A stretch of DNA of 21,811 nucleotides, taken from contig JBEKHC010000084.1 of the NCBI GenBank assembly GCA_050012475.1, positions 1 through 21,811 of the forward strand, written 5' to 3'. Both the position numbers and the translations under genes were made by a program. The notes beneath the pieces are model-generated. The model did no database searches. It saw only the letters and a program-made list of their open reading frames with translations, and was not told the origin of the DNA. Shown here piece after piece: positions 15,780-21,811 of this stretch (positions within the stretch are counted from its first letter, which is position 1; each line of letters opens with the position of its first letter). This stretch comes from Candidatus Velthaea sp. (GTDB lineage Bacteria; Vulcanimicrobiota; Vulcanimicrobiia; Vulcanimicrobiales; Vulcanimicrobiaceae).

Positions 15780-17747
15780 TTGGCGCAGAAAACGGCTTTG
15801 ATCACCGGCATCACCGGTCAGGACGGTTCGTATTTGGCGGAACTGCTGCTCGATGAAGGCTACCGCGTCATCGGGATGACGCGCCGCACGTCAACCGACG
15901 TGCACGAGCGCATCCGGCACATCGCGGACCGGATCGAATTCTATTCGGGCGACTTGCTCGATCAAAGTTCGATTACCGCGATCGTCGCCGACGTGCGGCC
16001 CAGCGAGATCTACAATCTGGCCGCCCAGTCGTTCGTCCCGGCATCGTTTTCGCAACCCGTGCTGACTGGCGAATTCACCGCGCTAGGCGTCACCCGGGTG
16101 CTCGAGGCGATCCGCGCCGTCGATCCCAAGATCCGCTTTTATCAAGCGTCGAGTTCGGAGATGTTCGGCAAAGTCTGCGCGGTGCCGCAGAACGAGCACA
16201 CCCCGTTCTACCCGCGCTCGCCCTACGGCGTCGCCAAACTCTACGGCCACTGGATCACGGTCAACTATCGCGAATCGTACGATCTCCACGCCTCCAGCGG
16301 GATCCTGTTCAACCACGAAAGCGTCCCCGGAAATACACCGATCATTGTTCGCCGCGGGAATCTGATCGACATCATCCCGATTGCCGAACTCGTACCGGTG
16401 CGCGAAAAAGGCGCAAATCATCAAGACGTGAGCATCGACGGGGTCGAAGTCTGGGATGGTCGAGAATTCGTCGGTGTTCTCGGCGGTTCGGCTTACAAGC
16501 ATCGCCCCGTCACTGCAAACAAAGGTGTTCGCCGCATCGAAGCGCGGTGCGGTTCGGTGACGACCACAGCCGAGCATGTCGTCTTTCTGGAGGGCGAAGA
16601 GCGAGCTGCAGGCACGGTCGCTGCGGGCGACAAGATGTTGCGCGGATCGTTCCCCGATGTCCCGACGTTCACGACGCTGAACCTTGAGACGGCGTGGATG
16701 CTGGGTGCCTTCGTCGGCGACGGTTCCGTGTCAGCCGACGCGTCGGGACGTGACTGCTGGCAACGGGTGACGTGCGGCTCGACGGCCTATTTAGCGACCA
16801 CCTCGGGGTTCACCGGCGAAGTTGTCGGCGCACTCGCGCTCAACGGGGCGCCGACGTATCTGGAATGGTTGCGTCGCGAATGCTATACCGATTCGAAGCA
16901 CAAGCGGGTCCCGCGCGTCGTTCTGAACGCCGGCCCGGAATGCTGGCGAGCGTTCCTGGCGGGCTTTAACGCCACCGACGGCCTCAAAGCGGGCAACGGC
17001 AAGTATCTCTATAAAAATTTCAAAACCAATTCGCCCGTCCTGGCGATGGGGTTGTGGTGGATGGTCAAGCACGCCTTGGGCCAAGATACGGTGCTCAACG
17101 TCGAAGTGGGAAGCGAGGAGCGCCCGGGGCCGTTTTACTCGATCAACCTGCGCTCGCCGAATGCTGCCGGCAAAGGCGCGCACTTGCGCAAGGATCTGCG
17201 CGAAGTCAAGCGGATCGTCGAACAGCCGCATTTCCAAGGCTGGCTGTATGACGTCACGACCACATCGGGTCGATTTGCCGCCGGTATCGGAGACCTCGTC
17301 ATCCATAATTCGCCCCGCCGCGGCAAGGAATTCGTTACCCGCAAGATTTCCGACGGTGTCGCGCGGATCAAGTTGGGGATCCAAGATGAACTGCGGCTGG
17401 GAAATCTCGATGCGCAGCGCGATTGGGGTTTTGCCGGCGACTACGTGCGCGCGATGTGGCTCATGCTGCAGCAGGACGCGCCCGACGATTACGTCGTGTC
17501 GACGGGGCGCACGCATTACGTGCGTGACTTCGTGCGGCTGGCGTTCGAGGCGGTCGGTTTGGATTACGAACCCTACGTCGTGGTCGATCCGCGCTTTTAC
17601 CGGCCGGCCGAAGTCGATCTGCTCATCGGCGACCCGGCGAAGGCCAAACGCGTTCTGGCCTGGGATCCGGCGGTCACGTTCGAGGCGCTGGTCGAGAACA
17701 TGGTCGCCGAAGACCTCAACCGCCTGCGCCCGCTCGTGGCGCATTGA
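15780..17747 (+). CDS. gmd: GDP-mannose 4,6-dehydratase, intein-containing precursor (655 aa; 325 aa after splicing)
   Basis: TTG start after AGGGG. LITGITGQDGSYLAELLL, YNLAAQSFV, FYQASSSEMFG, PFYPRSPYGVAK, GILFNHE|intein|SPRRGKEFVTRKI, LGNLDAQRDWG, DPRFYRPAEVDLLIGDP. Confidence 0.95.
   Translation: MAQKTALITGITGQDGSYLAELLLDEGYRVIGMTRRTSTDVHERIRHIADRIEFYSGDLLDQSSITAIVADVRPSEIYNLAAQSFVPASFSQPVLTGEFTALGVTRVLEAIRAVDPKIRFYQASSSEMFGKVCAVPQNEHTPFYPRSPYGVAKLYGHWITVNYRESYDLHASSGILFNHESVPGNTPIIVRRGNLIDIIPIAELVPVREKGANHQDVSIDGVEVWDGREFVGVLGGSAYKHRPVTANKGVRRIEARCGSVTTTAEHVVFLEGEERAAGTVAAGDKMLRGSFPDVPTFTTLNLETAWMLGAFVGDGSVSADASGRDCWQRVTCGSTAYLATTSGFTGEVVGALALNGAPTYLEWLRRECYTDSKHKRVPRVVLNAGPECWRAFLAGFNATDGLKAGNGKYLYKNFKTNSPVLAMGLWWMVKHALGQDTVLNVEVGSEERPGPFYSINLRSPNAAGKGAHLRKDLREVKRIVEQPHFQGWLYDVTTTSGRFAAGIGDLVIHNSPRRGKEFVTRKISDGVARIKLGIQDELRLGNLDAQRDWGFAGDYVRAMWLMLQQDAPDDYVVSTGRTHYVRDFVRLAFEAVGLDYEPYVVVDPRFYRPAEVDLLIGDPAKAKRVLAWDPAVTFEALVENMVAEDLNRLRPLVAH
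16320..17309 (+). mobile_element. Intein (330 aa) with a LAGLIDADG homing-endonuclease domain
   Basis: Block A SVPGNTPIIV, block B TTTAEHVVF (TxxH), block C MLGAFVGDG (16698-16724), block D KRVP, block E FLAGFNATDG (16953-16982), block F LYDVTTTSGRFAAG, block G VIHN followed by +1 Ser. Removing it restores GILFNHESPRRG. Confidence 0.95.
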
Positions 17748-17762
17748 CCGAGCGGTTGCGAG

Positions 17763-17768
17763 TATCGT
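17763..17768 (+). promoter_or_regulatory. Possible -10 element for a leaderless rmd transcript
   Basis: TATCGT (TAnnnT) lies 7 nt before ATG 17776 and there is no convincing SD. Confidence 0.35.
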
Positions 17769-17775
17769 AAGCGGG

Positions 17776-18744
17776 ATGCGCGTCCTCGTTACGGGAGCCA
17801 ACGGGTTCGTCGGCCGTCACCTCTGCGCGGCCCTCGAAGAACGCGGTCACACCGCCGTTGCCGCCGGACACGCGCGCCAGGGCGGCGACGGCGTGCTCCC
17901 GCTGGATCTCCAAGATGCGCTCAACGTCCGCGGGGTCGTCGACCTCGCCCAGCCCGATGCGGTCGCCCATCTGGCGGCGCAGGCCTTCGTTCCGGCGTCG
18001 ATCGCCGATCCGTGGACGACCCATGACATCAACGCCGGCGGCACCCTGCGCCTGCTCGAAGCGATTCGCGGCTTTCGCGGCGAGCGCGGAACCAACCCGC
18101 GCGTGCTCGTCGCGGGCAGCGCCGACGTGTACGGAGCGCAGCCGCTGGCCGCGTTTCCGATCGTCGAGACCGCGCCGCTGCACCCGGCGAATCCGTACGG
18201 CGCGAGCAAAGTCGCCGCTGAAGCCTACGGTCTCGCGGCGGCGGCGGCGTACGGCATGGACGTCGTCGTCACGCGCGCGTTCAACCATATCGGGCCCGGT
18301 CAAGACCGGCGTTTCGCCGTGGCCTCCTTCGCTTTGCAACTGGCGCGGATCGCGGCCGGCGGCAATCCGCTGCTGCTCGTCGGCAACCTCGACGCCGAGC
18401 GCGACCTGCTCGACGTCCGCGACGTCGTCGCGGCGTACGTGCTGCTGCTCGAAGGCGGCGGTGAAGCGGGTGAAGTGTACAACGTCGCCAGCGGTCGCGC
18501 GACGGCGATGAAAGACGCGCTGCGGCAGCTGGTGACCATCGCCCGGGTCGGTGTCGAGATTCGCGAAGATCCCGAGCGCTTGCGGCCTTCGGACGTCCCG
18601 CTGACGCTGGGGAACGCCGGGAAGCTGCGGGCCGCGACCGGCTGGGAACCCGTCATCGCCCTGAACGTAGCGCTCCGCGGCGTGTACGCGGACGCGCGCG
18701 AACGGGTTGCCGCCGATCCGCACGCGAACCCGGCGGTTCGATGA
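17776..18744 (+). CDS. rmd: GDP-4-dehydro-6-deoxy-D-mannose reductase-like SDR (Rmd; GDP-D-rhamnose synthesis), 322 aa
   Basis: MRVLVTGANGFVG, HLAAQAFVPAS, GSADVYG, NPYGASK, RAFNHIGPGQ, VGNLDAERDLLDVRDVV, DPERLRPSD. Lies directly after gmd. Confidence 0.8.
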   Translation: MRVLVTGANGFVGRHLCAALEERGHTAVAAGHARQGGDGVLPLDLQDALNVRGVVDLAQPDAVAHLAAQAFVPASIADPWTTHDINAGGTLRLLEAIRGFRGERGTNPRVLVAGSADVYGAQPLAAFPIVETAPLHPANPYGASKVAAEAYGLAAAAAYGMDVVVTRAFNHIGPGQDRRFAVASFALQLARIAAGGNPLLLVGNLDAERDLLDVRDVVAAYVLLLEGGGEAGEVYNVASGRATAMKDALRQLVTIARVGVEIREDPERLRPSDVPLTLGNAGKLRAATGWEPVIALNVALRGVYADARERVAADPHANPAVR

Positions 18745-19337
18745 ACGGCAAACCGGCGTCGTTGGACGCCTTCGTTTTTGCCCAGCGCGGCACGCTGCTG
18801 GCAATCCCCGCCGCCGCTTTGGCGGTGCTCGGCAAACCCAGCGCCTTTTCGATCGCGGTGGGATTGCCGCTCGCGTTCGCGGGCGAGGCGATTCGCGCGT
18901 GGGCGGTCGGCTACTCGGGCGTCACGACGCGTTCGAATGCCGTGGAAGCTCCCGCCCTCGTCACTGCCGGTCCTTACGCGTACGTGCGCAACCCGCTCTA
19001 CGTCGGCAACTTCATCACCGCTGCGGGGTTCGCGTTAGCGTTCACCGGCGGAAATCGGCCGCTCGTTCGGCTCGGGATCATCGGCGGGGCTCTGGCGATC
19101 ATGGTCGGCGTGTACGGCGTCATCGTGCCGCATGAAGAGGAGTTCTTGCGCACCACCTTCGGCGCGGCATTCGACGAGTACGTCGCCAGCGTTCCGCGAA
19201 TTTTTCCCGCGCTTGAACCCGCCGCTGGGCAATCGGGGTCGTATGATCCGTCCGTGATCGGCAAGGCCGAGTCGCGGACGTTCATCACCTTCGGTGCCAT
19301 GCTGGCCACGCTGGCATTGAAGGCTCTTCGAGTGTAG
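18741..19337 (+). CDS. Isoprenylcysteine carboxyl methyltransferase (ICMT/PEMT)-family membrane methyltransferase, 198 aa
   Basis: ATGA overlap with rmd. LVTAGPYAYVRNPLYVG and EEEFLRTTFGAAFDEYVASVPR, with several TM segments. Confidence 0.85.
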   Translation: MNGKPASLDAFVFAQRGTLLAIPAAALAVLGKPSAFSIAVGLPLAFAGEAIRAWAVGYSGVTTRSNAVEAPALVTAGPYAYVRNPLYVGNFITAAGFALAFTGGNRPLVRLGIIGGALAIMVGVYGVIVPHEEEFLRTTFGAAFDEYVASVPRIFPALEPAAGQSGSYDPSVIGKAESRTFITFGAMLATLALKALRV

Positions 19338-19341
19338 GTTC

Positions 19342-20295
19342 ATGCTGCACCCCGCTGCCGACCATCACGCGCACGAGCACGACCATGCGGCCGCCCACGA
19401 TCACACCGCGGTCGGCCCGGGCAAGCTGAAGATTGCGCTGGCCGGCACCGCGTTCGTCGCGTTGCTCGAGCTCGCCGGCGGTCTGCGGGCCGGATCGCTG
19501 GCCTTGCTCTCCGACGCCGCGCACGTCACCATGGACGTCGTCGCGTTGGCGATCGCACTGGGCGCGAGTTTGCAGGCGACGCGTCCGGCAAACGTGCGCC
19601 AGACGTTCGGTTTCGCGCGGCTGGAGATCCTCGCTGCGCTGGCGAACGGCGGTTTACTCTTCGGCATAACGATTGCGATCGTCATCGAAGCGGTCCGGCG
19701 GTTCTTCGCACCGGTCGAGCCCGAGGGCGGACTCATGCTGGCGGTCGCTGCCGTCGGGCTGGTCGTGAATCTGGCGATCGGCACGATGCTCGTCCGCGGC
19801 ATGCACGGCAATCTGAACGTGCGTGCCGCGGTGCTGCACGTCGCCGGCGACGCGCTCGGCGCGCTGGCGGTGATTGTCGGCGGCGCCGTCATTTTGGCCA
19901 CCCACGCCGCGTGGATCGATCCGGCGCTCTCACTGTTCGTGTCTGCGATCATCATCGCCGGCGTCGCCGGCATCGTGCGCCAGGCCGCGCACGTCTTGCT
20001 GGAAAGCGCTCCCGATCACGCCAACATTCCGATCGTCGCAACGCGCATTCGCTCCTTTGCCGGCGTGGTCGACGTGCACGATCTGCATGTTTGGACGATC
20101 GGCTCGGGCTCGCACGTGTTGGCGGCGCACGTCGTCCTCAACGATCGGCGCATCAGCGAGGCCACCGCAATTCTGCAGCGCATCGACGCGGCGATGCGCG
20201 ACGAGTTCGCGATTTCGCATGTCACCGTGCAGTTCGAGTGCGAAAGCTGCGATCCGACCAACAACATCATTTGCACGCAAGTCGCCGCTCGCTGA
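19342..20295 (+). CDS. czcD: Cation diffusion facilitator family Zn/Co/Cd exporter (CzcD/ZitB-like), 317 aa
   Basis: His-rich N-terminus, SLALLSDAAHVTMD, TFGFARLEILAALANG, NLNVRAAVLHVAGD, DVHDLHVW, HVTVQFE. Confidence 0.9.
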   Translation: MLHPAADHHAHEHDHAAAHDHTAVGPGKLKIALAGTAFVALLELAGGLRAGSLALLSDAAHVTMDVVALAIALGASLQATRPANVRQTFGFARLEILAALANGGLLFGITIAIVIEAVRRFFAPVEPEGGLMLAVAAVGLVVNLAIGTMLVRGMHGNLNVRAAVLHVAGDALGALAVIVGGAVILATHAAWIDPALSLFVSAIIIAGVAGIVRQAAHVLLESAPDHANIPIVATRIRSFAGVVDVHDLHVWTIGSGSHVLAAHVVLNDRRISEATAILQRIDAAMRDEFAISHVTVQFECESCDPTNNIICTQVAAR

Positions 20296-20318
20296 CGGGA
20301 GCACGGCGAATCCGCTGC

Positions 20319-20354
20319 GGGAGCGCTTGAACGCGAATCGAATTTTTCGCTGTC
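20319..20354 (+). promoter_or_regulatory. Candidate alternative-sigma promoter GGA-N17-GAATTTTTC directly before the thiolase
   Basis: GGGA (20319-20322), 17 nt, then GAATTTTTC (20340-20348). No SD. Matches the kamD upstream motif. Confidence 0.4.
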
Positions 20355-21689
20355 ATGCTTTCGAAAACCGTCGTGCTCTCCGTCGCTCGCACACCATTCG
20401 GCCGCCTCGGCGGCGCGCTCGCGCCGCTGGGCGCAACGACACTGGGCGGGGAGGCGATTCGCAACGCCGTCCGCCGCGCCGCGATCGATGCCGCCGAGAT
20501 CGAACAGGTGATCATGGGCCTGGTGATCGCCGCAGGGGTGGGCCAGGCGCCGGCGCGCCAGGCCGCTTTCAAAGCCGGATTGGCGAAGACTACGACCGCG
20601 GAAACCGTCAACAAAGTTTGCGCTTCGGGGATGCTTGCGATTGCGTACGCCGCCCGGGCGATCGATGCCGGCGACGTGCGCGTCGCCGTTGCCGGCGGCA
20701 TGGAGTCGATGTCGAACGCGCCGTACTTGCTGCCCGGCGCGCGTTCGGGTTATCGCTTCGGTGACGCCGTCGTGCGCGACGCGATGATTCACGACGGGTT
20801 GTGGGACTACTTTTTCAACGAAGCGATGTCGACTTCGACCACCAAGGTCGCCGCCGAACTCGGCATCACCCGCGAATTGCAGGACCGGCTGGCCTACAAC
20901 AGTCACCTTCGCGCACGCGCGGCGCACGATGCGGGCCATTTCGACGCGGAGATCGTGCCGATCCGGGTGGCGACGAAAGCGCACGGCAAAATCGTCGTCG
21001 ATGCGCTGCCGGGTGTGGCGCGCGAGCGCATTCCGGCCGCAGCCGGGGCGCGCGGCGGCAGCGTGTGGGATCACATCCCAACCCAGAATCTGGTCGCCGA
21101 TCCGCAGCAGTATTCGCCGTACGTCACCGGCGATGTTCCCGCGCTGTGCGTCGAACGCGACGAACCCGTGCGCGCCGATGCTTCGCTCGAAGCGCTGGCC
21201 CGGCTCAAACCGATCGACGCCGGCGGGACGATCACTGCCGGCAACGCGCCGGGCGTCAACGACGGCGCCGCCGCGCTGGTGCTCGCCCACGCAGACTATG
21301 CGCGGTCGAACGGCTTAGAGGCGCTCGGAACGATCGTCGATCACGTCAGCGTCGGCTGGGATCCGCCGTACCTCGCGCTCGTTCCGGCCATGGCGGCGCA
21401 GAAGCTGCTCGACAAGCACGGCCTGGAGACGAGCGATATCGCGGTGTGGGAATTCAACGAGGCGTTTTCTGCGGTGGCGCTGACGTCGTCGGGACAGTTG
21501 GGGCTCGATGTCGATGCGGTCAACGTGCAGGGCGGAGCGGTGGCGATGGGCCATCCCATCGGGGCTTCCGGCGCCCGGATCGTTGGGACCGTCGTCAGTC
21601 AGCTGCGGCGGCGCGGCGGGGGGCTTGGGATTGCCGCCATCTGCAGTGGTGGGGGGCAGGGGGATGCGGTTCTCGTTCGCGTTGGGTGA
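20355..21689 (+). CDS. Acetyl-CoA C-acetyltransferase (thiolase) with an internal insertion, 444 aa
   Basis: ARTPFG, GQAPARQA, NKVCASG (catalytic Cys), AGGMESMSNAPY, ITAGNAPGVNDGAAA, NEAF, GHPIGASG, ICSGGGQG. Confidence 0.93.
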   Translation: MLSKTVVLSVARTPFGRLGGALAPLGATTLGGEAIRNAVRRAAIDAAEIEQVIMGLVIAAGVGQAPARQAAFKAGLAKTTTAETVNKVCASGMLAIAYAARAIDAGDVRVAVAGGMESMSNAPYLLPGARSGYRFGDAVVRDAMIHDGLWDYFFNEAMSTSTTKVAAELGITRELQDRLAYNSHLRARAAHDAGHFDAEIVPIRVATKAHGKIVVDALPGVARERIPAAAGARGGSVWDHIPTQNLVADPQQYSPYVTGDVPALCVERDEPVRADASLEALARLKPIDAGGTITAGNAPGVNDGAAALVLAHADYARSNGLEALGTIVDHVSVGWDPPYLALVPAMAAQKLLDKHGLETSDIAVWEFNEAFSAVALTSSGQLGLDVDAVNVQGGAVAMGHPIGASGARIVGTVVSQLRRRGGGLGIAAICSGGGQGDAVLVRVG

Positions 21690-21738
21690 TTTGGTGGGGA
21701 GGTCCCGGGGGCGGCATGGGGAGGCTGCGGGGACGTCC

Positions 21739-21808
21739 GCGATTTCCCATCCATGGGAAATCGCTACTGCCAAAAATTTCGCTCTCGCCATCTTGGCTCC
21801 GCGAAATT
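21739..21808. repeat. Pair of inverted repeats downstream of the thiolase (REP/MITE-like, may continue past the window)
   Basis: GCGATTTCCCAT-CC-ATGGGAAATCGC (21739-21764, perfect 12-bp arms) and AATTTCGC...GCGAAATT (21775-21808) with an inner GCCA/TGGC. Confidence 0.6.
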
Positions 21809-21811
21809 GTT

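Noticed and set aside
20961..21158. Thiolase insertion as a second (mini-)intein
   Set aside because: It is too short and lacks an N-terminal Cys/Ser block, TxxH and a terminal His-Asn.
21614..21735. G-run-rich stretch as a G-quadruplex
   Set aside because: It is partly explained by Gly codons of the thiolase C-terminus and high GC, with no independent evidence of function.

Overview
High-GC bacterial chromosomal window; the gene style suggests a soil Terrabacteria lineage such as Candidatus Eremiobacterota, but that is only an inference. It holds 19 credible protein-coding genes. Nucleotide-sugar and surface-glycan genes: a sulfotransferase-like protein, UDP-glucuronate decarboxylase, UDP-glucose 6-dehydrogenase, an NAD-dependent epimerase, an RmlD-like reductase, GDP-mannose 4,6-dehydratase with an Rmd-like reductase, an ICMT-family methyltransferase and two glycoside-hydrolase-like lipoproteins. 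Other genes: an ECF sigma / zinc anti-sigma / bactofilin-like membrane protein operon with a likely autoregulatory promoter, a small stress-protein-like gene, lysine 5,6-aminomutase kamDE translationally coupled to a DacB-type peptidase, a CDF metal exporter and a thiolase with a ~50-aa insertion. The clearest unusual element is a 330-aa Ser-initiated intein with a LAGLIDADG endonuclease domain (16320-17309) inserted in the conserved NHE|SP motif of gmd. Also notable are a ~190-bp MITE-like element filling the epimerase-rmlD gap, a sequence motif shared by the upstream regions of kamD and the thiolase, and a speculative c-di-GMP-I (GEMM)-like RNA fold with no sense gene downstream. No rRNA, tRNA, CRISPR array or transposase was seen.
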